DNA of 64,000 nucleotides from Elusimicrobia bacterium RIFOXYD2_FULL_34_15 (GTDB lineage Bacteria; Elusimicrobiota; UBA8919), in assembly GCA_001800605.1 (NCBI GenBank), contig MGVS01000097.1, forward strand, positions 12,694 through 76,693, read 5' to 3'. Each line of letters begins with the position of its first letter. The stretch's first letter is position 1. This document shows positions 39,272 to 47,116 of the stretch, piece after piece. The notes beneath the pieces were generated by a model, which saw only the letters and a program-made list of their open reading frames with translations, was not told where the DNA came from and searched no databases. A program made the position numbers and the translations under genes.

Positions 39272-39784
39272 TTAATATTCGATGCCTTTTCTACATTTAA
39301 CACCTTTTCTATACGGGTGTTTGATTTCTTTTATCTCGGAAACTAAATCTGCTATCTTTATTAATCCTTTTGGAGCATTACGTCCTGTTATAACTACTTC
39401 CATGCTTTTTGGTCTTTTTTCCAATAACGAAATTATCTTTTTAATATCAATGAATTTACCGCAGAGTGCGATATTAAATTCATCCAAAACTAATAAATTA
39501 TAGCTTTTTTCTTTAAATATTTTTTCAATTAATTCTACCGCTTTTTCACATTCCGATTTAACAAATTCTTGCTTTACATTTTTATAAAAACACGGATGCT
39601 TTGGTGTAAAAGAATACATTTTTAAATTCTTTTGTTTTTTTAAAATATTTTGTTCTCCATAATATGCTTTATCTTTAAAAAACTGAACTAAGCAAACTTT
39701 CATTCCGTGTCCCAATGCTCTTATAACCAAACCTACAGCACAGGTTGTCTTGCCTTTTCCGTTTCCGGTATAAATTTCAATCAT
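39272..39784 (-). CDS. cobO: Cob(I)yrinic acid a,c-diamide adenosyltransferase (CobO/BtuR/CobA type)
   Basis: 170 aa. Begins MIEIYTGNGKGKTTCAVGLVIRALGHG, the P-loop typical of CobA/BtuR. Confidence 0.85.
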   Translation of the reverse strand: MIEIYTGNGKGKTTCAVGLVIRALGHGMKVCLVQFFKDKAYYGEQNILKKQKNLKMYSFTPKHPCFYKNVKQEFVKSECEKAVELIEKIFKEKSYNLLVLDEFNIALCGKFIDIKKIISLLEKRPKSMEVVITGRNAPKGLIKIADLVSEIKEIKHPYRKGVKCRKGIEY

Positions 39785-39800
39785 AGTTTGCTCCCTTATT

Positions 39801-39958
39801 AACCCGCCACTGATGCGCCTCCGCCAGTTGGCGGATGGCGGACCGTTGCATGCCCACCTACGCTTTCTTGTCCGCCAAAGTTTCAGTGGCGGAAGTGGCG
39901 GAAGTTGTGGGGCGGGTTAACCCGCCACTGATGCGTTGGCGGGTTAATTTTTGGCAAA
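39801..39958. repeat. Cluster of GC-rich palindromic elements (cccgccactgatgcg..., ccgccaaagtttcagtggcggaagtggcgg, cccgccactgatgcgttggcggg)
   Basis: Multiple CCGCC...GGCGG hairpins. Shares a family with 40177-40231 and 1323-1397. Confidence 0.7.
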
Positions 39959-39960
39959 GC

Positions 39961-40135
39961 CAAAAATTAAAAAAACCTAGCTCTGAGAAGAGTTAGGCTA
40001 ACTAAACTTTCTCCCCTCGGAGTTTTCGTAACTGATAGACCGGGCTTTACCGTTGCGGGGCAGCTTCCGAATTCCCATTTATACTGAGCAACGTCGAACG
40101 TATCAATGGGTCACGGAATTCCTTCAATTACAAAT
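39961..40135 (-). ncRNA. Candidate structured leader RNA, possibly a divergent cobalamin-type riboswitch, ending in an intrinsic terminator, upstream of the cobO-btuFCD-cobU-cobT-cobS operon
   Basis: Minus strand reads ttgaaGGaattCCgtg...tatAAatGGGAAttcGGaaGctgCCCCGCaACgGTaAAGcccgg... This partly resembles the GGGAA...CCCGC.ACTGTAA core of cobalamin riboswitches. It ends in CCTAaCTCTtctcAGAGcTAGG plus TTTTTTTAATTTTTT (39961-39996). No clear B12 box. Confidence 0.35.
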
Positions 40136-40176
40136 TATTTTAAAAACGATTAAAACTGATTAAAAGAACTGATTAT

Positions 40177-40231
40177 TCACCCGCCAAAGATTCCTTGTCC
40201 GCCGATGTTTTAGTGGCGGAAGTGGTGGGCA
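40177..40231. repeat. GC-rich palindromic element (ccgccaaagattccttgtccgccgatgttttagtggcggaagtggtggg)
   Basis: Family member, see 39801-39958. Confidence 0.65.
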
Positions 40232-40282
40232 TAGATTATTATATAAAAATCAAAAAACAAGTCAAGTGAAAAAAATTTATAC

Positions 40283-40340
40283 TGCCGCCTTTGGCGAGCC
40301 TCGCCCCCTTGGGGCGGGAGCCAAACCAAGTCGAAGTATC
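40283..40340. repeat. Direct repeat copy 1 (ctgccgcctttggcgagcctcgcccccttggggcgggagcc...agtcgaagtatc)
   Basis: About 85% identical to 45623-45685. Together they bracket the PHP-PhoH2-RNase J-GIY-YIG block. Confidence 0.75.
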
Positions 40341-41211
40341 AAGAAAAAAATTGGGTATCCACTTTTTTTAAACTATCTCTGCATTTCTTTAAGTCTTCAA
40401 GCACCTCATATTTAACCTTAACAGTGCCCATTATCGCAGGCATACCCTTCAACATAACACCGTGACAATCGGAACCGCCCGTAGCCGCTACTTCAAGCTT
40501 TTCAGCCATTTTTTTTAATTTTTCAGTATCGCTTGTCGAATGTTTTATATGCCAGACTTCAATTCCTTTTAATCCTAGATTGACTAATGATTTAATTTTA
40601 TTATAAGTGATACTGTTGCAGTGCGGGTGAGCTAAAACAGGAATGCCTCCGACATGTAATATCATTTTTATTGCTTCGTCAGGTGCCAGACGCAATTTTG
40701 GAACATAAGCGGGTTTTCCATACCCCAGATATTTTATAAATGCCTCGCTTATATTTTTTACAACTTGTGTTTCAACTAAAACTTTTGCGAAATGAAGACG
40801 TCCGAAAACACCGATACCAACAATTTCTGATAGTCTTTTTTCATTAACATCAATTCCCAGTTTCTTTAATTTTTCAGAAATCTGGTTTGCTCTCTGTAAC
40901 CGTGCTTTCTGGAATATTTTTAATTTTTGCTGAAAGAAAGAATCTTCCCAGTTCATGAAATAACCCAAAATATGCATTTCCTGTTCGGAAATGCTTTGTA
41001 GTGCTACCGATAATTCAACACCCGGTATTATTTCAATATCTAATTTTTTACCTTCTGCTATTGCTTCTGGAAGTCCGTCTGTGGTATCATGGTCGGTTAT
41101 ACTTATTGCGGTAAGCCCAACACTTTTTGCGTATTTTACTGCTTCTTCCGGGGAGAAAGCTCCGTCAGAATATTTGGTGTGTACATGCAAGTCAACATAA
41201 CTGTTTTCCAT
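40339..41211 (-). CDS. PHP-domain phosphoesterase (TrpH/YciV, RNase AM-like)
   Basis: 290 aa. Begins VDLHVHTKYSDG, the PHP N-terminal His motif. Confidence 0.8.
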   Translation of the reverse strand: MENSYVDLHVHTKYSDGAFSPEEAVKYAKSVGLTAISITDHDTTDGLPEAIAEGKKLDIEIIPGVELSVALQSISEQEMHILGYFMNWEDSFFQQKLKIFQKARLQRANQISEKLKKLGIDVNEKRLSEIVGIGVFGRLHFAKVLVETQVVKNISEAFIKYLGYGKPAYVPKLRLAPDEAIKMILHVGGIPVLAHPHCNSITYNKIKSLVNLGLKGIEVWHIKHSTSDTEKLKKMAEKLEVAATGGSDCHGVMLKGMPAIMGTVKVKYEVLEDLKKCRDSLKKVDTQFFS

Positions 41212-42543
41212 TTATAACAATTCTCCGGCTAAAGCAGCCAGATTTGACCTTTCTGTTTTCTTGAAACTTATATGTCCGTAAATCTCCTGACCTTTGAACC
41301 TTTCAACAAGATAAGTAAGCCCGTTTGATTCCGCATCAAGGTACGGATTATCAATTTGATATGGATCGCCGGTTAATACAACTTTGGTACCTTCGCCTGC
41401 TCTGGAAATTATAGTTTTTATTTCATGAGGCGTAAGATTTTGGGCATCGTCTATAACAATGTACTGTTTCGGCAAACTACGCCCTCTTAAATAAGCGAGT
41501 ACTTCAATTTCTATTTTTCCGCTGTCAAAAAAATACTGAACCTTATCTTCCGTGGTTTCGTCCGGGTTGCTTTTATCAACTAAATATTCCAGATTATCAT
41601 ATATTGAACCCATCCATTGCGACATCTTTTCTTCTTTTGTTCCCGGCAAATAACCGATATCTTTCCCTACCGGAGTCACCGACTTCCCAACCAAAAGCCG
41701 CCTATAAATCTTTTCATCAATAGTTTTCTGAAGTCCGGCAGCTAGTGAAAGCAGTGTTTTTCCTGCACCCGGTACCCCTATAAGCGTTACAAGCTGAATA
41801 TTATCCATGAGCAAAAGTTCAAATGCAAACTTTTGTTCAATATTTAACGGTTTTAGTCCCCATATGGGTGATTCTTTATATATCAATGATATCAGCATTT
41901 TTGTTTTTGGATCATATTTAGCAAGCGCAGATTTTGAAGGATTTGCTATATCTTTTAAAATAACAAATTCGTTTGCTGTATATTCGCAAATTGGCAGTTT
42001 ATTTATATCAGTTGCAGGCGGATTTATTGATTTATTCTTGTAGAATTTATCTATAGTCTCAGCATCAACAATAATTTCTTTATAACCCTGATAAAGCTCC
42101 TCCATCTTTATTTTTTCTTTTTCATAATCCTGTGCTTTAATATTTAAAACTTCCGCTTTAATTCTTAAGTTTATATCCTTTGTTATAAATGTTACATTTT
42201 CACCTTTTTTTTGCCTGTTATATGCCGCACAAAGTATAAGATTATCTTTTTTTGAGTTTGAAAAATCGTAAGGCAATTTCATTTCCTGTTCCAGTTCAAT
42301 TATAAGTATTCCGCCATTTTCGAGTGTTATACCCTCGTTGAACTTTCCTTTTTCAGCGAGTTGATTCAGTTTGCGTGAAACATTTCGCGCTGCCCTGCCT
42401 CTTTCATCATGTAATTTTTTTAAATTATCCAATTCTTCTATCACTGCCATTGGTAATACTACAAAATTATCACCAAATGCGGTAAACGCATCCGGGTCAT
42501 GAATCAAAACATTTGTATCCAAAATAAAAGTTTTCTTTGCCAT
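41212..42543 (-). CDS. PhoH2: N-terminal PIN domain fused to a PhoH-like ATPase
   Basis: 443 aa. FILDTNVLIHD is the PIN acidic motif. GVPGAGKT is the Walker A of PhoH. The stop abuts the PHP gene ATG. Confidence 0.85.
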   Translation of the reverse strand: MAKKTFILDTNVLIHDPDAFTAFGDNFVVLPMAVIEELDNLKKLHDERGRAARNVSRKLNQLAEKGKFNEGITLENGGILIIELEQEMKLPYDFSNSKKDNLILCAAYNRQKKGENVTFITKDINLRIKAEVLNIKAQDYEKEKIKMEELYQGYKEIIVDAETIDKFYKNKSINPPATDINKLPICEYTANEFVILKDIANPSKSALAKYDPKTKMLISLIYKESPIWGLKPLNIEQKFAFELLLMDNIQLVTLIGVPGAGKTLLSLAAGLQKTIDEKIYRRLLVGKSVTPVGKDIGYLPGTKEEKMSQWMGSIYDNLEYLVDKSNPDETTEDKVQYFFDSGKIEIEVLAYLRGRSLPKQYIVIDDAQNLTPHEIKTIISRAGEGTKVVLTGDPYQIDNPYLDAESNGLTYLVERFKGQEIYGHISFKKTERSNLAALAGELL

Positions 42544-42638
42544 ATTATTAGAACCTCTCTTTTCAATGTTGCTATTTTACCATTTGACTTATAAAAGTCA
42601 AGAAAAAATATAAAACAACGACTAAGACAGATTAAGTT

Positions 42639-42803
42639 GTCATTGCGAAGCCGATAAAATCGGCTGTGGCAATCCCGAAGGTTGCGAACCTGCCTGACGG
42701 TAGACAGACGGAGTGATCTGTCCTGCGTAGCTTTAGCGAAGTAGGAAGCAATCACATGGGATTGCTTCGTCATCCCGTTTTTTACGGGATTTCTCGCAAT
42801 GAC
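42639..42803. mobile_element. MITE-like element: 165 bp bounded by 10-bp terminal inverted repeats GTCATTGCGA...TCGCAATGAC, with internal palindromes (gccgataaaatcggc, cccgttttttacggg)
   Basis: Perfect 10-bp TIRs at 42639-42648 and 42794-42803. The body is GC-richer than its surroundings and has no coding capacity. Confidence 0.45.
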
Positions 42804-42902
42804 TACACTTGATGAAATATCTAAAAACTATTACCAAAATACTGAACAACTACATTGACGTTAGGCAAGGTCATTTTTGAAAATCTGCTAATCTTTATTT
42901 AT

Positions 42903-44417
42903 TTATACCTCTATTGTTTTTCTCAATATTGAATGTGTTACTTTTGTGCAAAAATCTCCGAACACATCGGCATTTTCAGTATGTACAGGAATAACGCACT
43001 TTGGATTTACATTTTTAATAAACTCTTCTAAATCTTTTCTTGAAACGTGTCCTGATGTATGGGCATATTTCATTTCCAACCCCGTAAGATTTATCCAATT
43101 AACAAGTTTATCGTATGAAAATTCCATTTCTTCATTAAACGGTTCCGCTTTCCCGTAAATATAAGTGCCTTTGATTTTCCCGTTTATCGGCAAAAACTGC
43201 AAAAGCGTAAGCGGTCCGTTTGAAGTATATAAAATATATTTTTCAGGGTTTTTTAAAATTTTATCCCTGCCAATAGGTCCCCATACTATATTACCATCCG
43301 GTATCTTTATTGCATTGGGATGTTTTTCTTCGGCATCCTGTGCAGAAAGTAAAATCCTCTGATAACCGTCCCTTCCGTGAACAAAAGTTTCAATAAACGG
43401 ATTCATAAATGCAAACGGCAGTGCCGAATATTTTTTTGATGTCTTCTTCAACTTCTCACGCCACAAATAAATCTGAAAATCGTCTATAGTAGGCAAATCC
43501 TCTATTAGCTTTTTTTGTTCTTTATAATTAAAATATAAAATAAAATATGCTTTTTTATCATCTAGAACCAGCGTTCTTCCGGTTTCTTTTGCAGCACGCA
43601 CCAGAGTTCTTACTCTGTCAATATCTGCCGGTGATGCGTCATAAATTACCAGCCCTTTTTCACTTCTTGTAAAATCGCAGACAGCTGAAAAAACATCTTC
43701 TTCGGTCTCAAAAACATTTGTATCTTCATTTCTTGAAAGCCGTGTTCCTTCTGTAATTAAAACATCTATCTTTTCCCTGGCAATTTCTTCCATAAAATAT
43801 TCCGTTTCTTTCTGCCTGTAGCCATGAAACCTGAAATCTCCGGAATAAACTATTTTCTTATCTTGAGTTTGAATCAAAAAAGCGCTCGCACCGACAACTG
43901 AATGGTCTACATCAAACCTCTTAACAATTATATTCTTACCGATCTGTATTTCTTCATTAACTTCAAGCGTATTAAAACTTTCCTGTTCAACATCAGCAGC
44001 CCAGTTTTTATTCATATCGCCCCGCAATTTAAGAAATTTCTTAGTAACCCGGGATGAATAAATTGGTATATCCGGTCTTATTAAGCCCAGATAACCCGAA
44101 TGATCCAAATGCCCGTGTGTTAAAAGTATTGCGTCGATTTTTCTTCCCTCAGGACCACCTTCAACTGAAAAATCGCCGTTAGAATTATAATTAACTTTTA
44201 TTCCGGCGCTTTTGTAAAGCCCTTCCATTTCAGGAATTGCACTGATTTTGCGGAGGTCATCTATATTAGTAGGTCTCAGAAGCGGGAATTCAAAATATTT
44301 ACCTTCTGAAGCAAAAGACATTCCAAAATCAAGAAAAATCTTGGTATTACCTTCTTCAAGAAGTATTTTATTACCGCCTATTTCATTTACTCCGCCGTAA
44401 AAAGTTAATTTCGCCAT
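42903..44417 (-). CDS. RNase J-like metallo-beta-lactamase / beta-CASP ribonuclease
   Basis: 504 aa. GGVNEIGGN, THGHLDHSG (HxHxDH), ...GDFRF, ITEGT and AHTSGH beta-CASP motifs. Confidence 0.8.
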   Translation of the reverse strand: MAKLTFYGGVNEIGGNKILLEEGNTKIFLDFGMSFASEGKYFEFPLLRPTNIDDLRKISAIPEMEGLYKSAGIKVNYNSNGDFSVEGGPEGRKIDAILLTHGHLDHSGYLGLIRPDIPIYSSRVTKKFLKLRGDMNKNWAADVEQESFNTLEVNEEIQIGKNIIVKRFDVDHSVVGASAFLIQTQDKKIVYSGDFRFHGYRQKETEYFMEEIAREKIDVLITEGTRLSRNEDTNVFETEEDVFSAVCDFTRSEKGLVIYDASPADIDRVRTLVRAAKETGRTLVLDDKKAYFILYFNYKEQKKLIEDLPTIDDFQIYLWREKLKKTSKKYSALPFAFMNPFIETFVHGRDGYQRILLSAQDAEEKHPNAIKIPDGNIVWGPIGRDKILKNPEKYILYTSNGPLTLLQFLPINGKIKGTYIYGKAEPFNEEMEFSYDKLVNWINLTGLEMKYAHTSGHVSRKDLEEFIKNVNPKCVIPVHTENADVFGDFCTKVTHSILRKTIEV

Positions 44418-44460
44418 AAAATTTTTAGCTATTATATTGTTTCACAATATTCCTAATTAC

Positions 44461-44700
44461 AACACATCAAAAACTGCGGGCTTGCCTGCCGTGGCGGGGC
44501 TTTCGCGCCCCTGCACCCCCGCTAACTTTTCTTTACTTGCCTAAAGCAAAGTTAGCAAAAGAAATGCACCCCGATGGCTATTTCACTCCTAATTTTTCGG
44601 CAACTGTGGAACTTGCCCTTCGGCTTCGCCAGGATGGGCTTCGGACAGTCCTCGCTGACTACCCCGAAAAATTACTCGCTCATTGACAACCATAAGGGGG
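44461..44700 (-). ncRNA. GC-rich structured island, candidate small RNA or repeat-derived element (function unknown)
   Basis: About 240 nt at roughly 55% GC within roughly 30% GC surroundings. It has a long imperfect hairpin, GCTAACTTTgctttaggcaagtaaagaaAAGTTAGC, a GGGGCgcGAAAgcCCCC GNRA-type hairpin and a terminal T-run. No tmRNA, RNase P or SRP signatures were recognised. Confidence 0.2.
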
Positions 44701-44723
44701 ACAATTCAACTTCATTCTTTAAA

Positions 44724-45557
44724 CTATTCTTCTTTAGCCAAGTTATCGTTTATTGTACTTCCATCTTTTTTCTTCCATTCAGCAAGTCCATTTGCGTTTC
44801 TACCCATTACGATAGCTGCTGCCGTTGATGGACTGGAAAAAAGATAATCTTGTGTAAAAATCCAATCTTTTATAATACCTTCAGATGTTAGTTTATTCCT
44901 TTTATTTTTAAAACTAATTGTTATAGAAGGAACTTCTGTAGTAGCAATTTTAGAATTCTTGAGAACTACGAATCCCTCGGAAGTAATCATTCCTTCTGCA
45001 TGTGCCCCGCGAGTAGCTGAAATATAATATCGATCTTGATTTGAATGATTACTCTCAATAAGTTTTTCAAATATTTTATATCCCATTGTACCAACAAGTA
45101 ATTGTAAATTTTTTGAAAATTCTAACATTACAGCTTGATCAGCCTCAGAAATTGCAGGTTCAGTAGGAGTATTATCATTAATTATTTTATATCTTTTAGC
45201 ATCTTTTGCTTGAATATAAAGTCTATATTCAAGAAATTTTACATGTGCTTTATTTAGATTCTCATCTTTGCTAATAAAAGCTAATGCTTCTGACCAAAAA
45301 TCTTTTTCTTGATGTTGGAAAATTCTTTTTAATACTTCTTCAGATTCACCAATATAAACACATTCATTATCATTTTCATCACGACCTATTAAAAAATAAA
45401 TACCTGCTTTTTTCAATTCAGACCTATCTGATGCATTTTTTAATTTATTTTTTGGAATTCTATATCCTTTTCCAGTCCAATTTAATATCTCACAAGCAAT
45501 AATACCATCTGGTGTACCATCAATTAAAAATAGAGATATTGCTTTTCCACTTGCCAT
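44724..45557 (-). CDS. GIY-YIG nuclease-domain protein with a DUF4357-like C-terminal region
   Basis: ...AGIYFLIGRDE...VYIGESEEVLKRIFQH is GIY-YIG-like. AGGAGG lies 7 nt before the ATG at 45557. The track start at 45617 reads through the palindromic element ccaaccccgggttgg. Confidence 0.7.
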   Translation of the reverse strand: MASGKAISLFLIDGTPDGIIACEILNWTGKGYRIPKNKLKNASDRSELKKAGIYFLIGRDENDNECVYIGESEEVLKRIFQHQEKDFWSEALAFISKDENLNKAHVKFLEYRLYIQAKDAKRYKIINDNTPTEPAISEADQAVMLEFSKNLQLLVGTMGYKIFEKLIESNHSNQDRYYISATRGAHAEGMITSEGFVVLKNSKIATTEVPSITISFKNKRNKLTSEGIIKDWIFTQDYLFSSPSTAAAIVMGRNANGLAEWKKKDGSTINDNLAKEE

Positions 45558-45584
45558 TGTAATTCCTCCTAATATCAACTTCCG

Positions 45585-45685
45585 CCAAGTTCCAACCCCG
45601 GGTTGGAACTTTGGCAACTTGTCTGCCGCCTATGGCGAGCCTAGCCCCTTTGGGGCGGGAGCCTATTAAGCAGTCGAAGGATTAT
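45585..45685. repeat. Palindrome ccaaccccgggttgg plus direct repeat copy 2 (ctgccgcctatggcgagcctagcccctttggggcgggagcc...cagtcgaaggatt, 45623-45685)
   Basis: See 40283-40340. Confidence 0.75.
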
Positions 45686-46519
45686 TCACTTAAGAAGTAT
45701 TCTTGCTATTTCATTCCAATCTGATACGTAAGTAACATTTGGAATTACTTTTTCTTCCTTGCCTATTTTTATAACTTTCATATTGTTTGCAAGATATGCT
45801 TCTGTATCGGTGTCTCTATCGCCGATACCAATTGATATATTATCCCATATTTGTTTTAATTTTTTAATTCTTTCTGTTTTATATTTTGCTGAACTTAAAG
45901 GATAATCGCCTAAATCCCAAAAAAATACAGGGACATCCGGAAATTTATTCATTTTTAACCAATTTTCCGTTTTCCAGAGAAATACCTCTTCTCTTTTTGT
46001 TACAAAAACAATATCGTATTTTTGGGAAAGTTTTTGCAGAACTTCCGGAGCGTTTTTAAGAGGTAAAACATCTTTATTCGGCTTAGTCACGTATCCGAAC
46101 CAGCTTACATCAGCTACAGTATGGTCAATATCAACAATGATAGCAGGTCTCTTTTTATAAGAACAAAATACTTTTGCTGATATTGAGTTTGAAATATAAC
46201 CGGAAGCCGTTGATAGTTTTACATTTAGTTCAAATATACCCGGTTTATTGATTGTATACGGTAAAAAGGCAAAACCCTCATTATTAGTTATAGATTCTCC
46301 TATGCTTTTGTTATTAATATAAAAAAAAATCTTCTCATTTTTAATATCCGGTCTTAAAAATAAAATATTCTTTTCTAATTTTGCTCTGAAAATAACTTTT
46401 TCACCGGGAACGGTTATTAAATCATATGCAACCAATCTTGCCGGTTTTTGTGTTTCTGCAAAAAGAATATTAAAACTGCACAAAATCAATATACTGAATA
46501 ATATATTTTTTTTACTCAT
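45686..46519 (-). CDS. Secreted HAD-superfamily (App1/LNS2-like, DxDxT) phosphatase
   Basis: 277 aa. Signal peptide. IVDIDHTV is the DxDxT motif. GDRDTD is the distal Asp motif. Confidence 0.55.
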   Translation of the reverse strand: MSKKNILFSILILCSFNILFAETQKPARLVAYDLITVPGEKVIFRAKLEKNILFLRPDIKNEKIFFYINNKSIGESITNNEGFAFLPYTINKPGIFELNVKLSTASGYISNSISAKVFCSYKKRPAIIVDIDHTVADVSWFGYVTKPNKDVLPLKNAPEVLQKLSQKYDIVFVTKREEVFLWKTENWLKMNKFPDVPVFFWDLGDYPLSSAKYKTERIKKLKQIWDNISIGIGDRDTDTEAYLANNMKVIKIGKEEKVIPNVTYVSDWNEIARILLK

Positions 46520-46645
46520 ATCAACTTTTTATAACTTCCGCCAATTCACTATATTGATGATTTTACAATTATTCACTAAAAATTGCAAGGTAATGAAAAA
46601 AGGATTGTATTTTTGAAGATGTAATTTGCAGATACGTTTAAATAA

Positions 46646-46900
46646 TTAAGTTTTTATCAATACCAGTTTTTTACTTCGTGGCAAACTTTTTATTTCACTT
46701 TCACGTTTCAATGCAGATGATCTGTTGGGATGTTTTTCTGAATAGACACATTTAACAGGTATTTTATTAGATGTGTATTTTGCTCCGTTGCCTTTGTTAT
46801 GTTCGTTAATTCTTCTATTTAAATCAGTTGTAATTCCTGTATAGAGTGTATTATTGGAACATTTTAAGATATAGACAAGGTAGGGTGTGGCTTTTGCCAT
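46646..46900 (-). CDS. Small GIY-YIG nuclease superfamily protein (UPF0213 / YhbQ-like)
   Basis: 84 aa, begins YLVYILKCSNNTLYTGITTDLNRRINEHN. Confidence 0.8.
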   Translation of the reverse strand: MAKATPYLVYILKCSNNTLYTGITTDLNRRINEHNKGNGAKYTSNKIPVKCVYSEKHPNRSSALKRESEIKSLPRSKKLVLIKT

Positions 46901-46942
46901 ATTAGTAAAGTTTTATACTAAAATTCGCGGGATTAAAAATTT

Positions 46943-47013
46943 GAGCGGGTGATGGGAATCGAACCCACGTTTCAAGCTTGGGAAGCTTGCATACTACCAT
47001 TGTACTACACCCG
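46943..47013 (-). tRNA. tRNA-Gly (anticodon CCC)
   Basis: Minus strand: GCGGGTGTAGTACAATGGTAGTATGCAAGCTTCCCAAGCTTGAAACGTGGGTTCGATTCCCATCACCCGCT. 7-bp acceptor stem, anticodon loop TTCCCAA, T-loop GGTTCGATTCC. Confidence 0.85.
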
Positions 47014-47073
47014 CAGAAATTCAATTAAAAATTAAAAATTAGAAATTCAAAATTGTGGTTGTTTTTTATTTAA

Positions 47074-47106
47074 TCCCCGCCAGCCACTAAGTCATTGGCG
47101 GGTAAA
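47074..47106. repeat. GC-rich palindromic element (cccgccagccactaagtcattggcggg)
   Basis: Stem CCCGCCA / TGGCGGG, family of 690-712. Confidence 0.65.
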
Positions 47107-47116
47107 CAATAATTCA

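Noticed and set aside
39097-39303. 68-aa ORF between btuF and cobO
   Set aside because: It spans a repeat element and the 12-mer site. It overlaps the repeat-derived false N-terminal extension of btuF. It has no recognisable fold.
39961-40135. SRP (4.5S) RNA, 6S RNA, tmRNA or RNase P assignment for the candidate RNAs at 39961-40135 and 44461-44700
   Set aside because: There are only fragmentary resemblances: a GGAAGCUGC versus the SRP GGAAGCAGC, and a CCCGCAAC string. The characteristic conserved blocks of these RNAs are not found, so no such call is made.
42504-42773. 89-aa ORF between PhoH2 and the RNase J-like gene
   Set aside because: It is a translation of the MITE-like palindromic element. 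It has an Arg/Cys-rich repeat-derived composition and no homology.
44574-44828. 84-aa plus-strand ORF in the GC-rich island
   Set aside because: It is antisense to the GIY-YIG gene tail and runs through GC-rich structured DNA. The GIY-YIG gene on the other strand is well supported.
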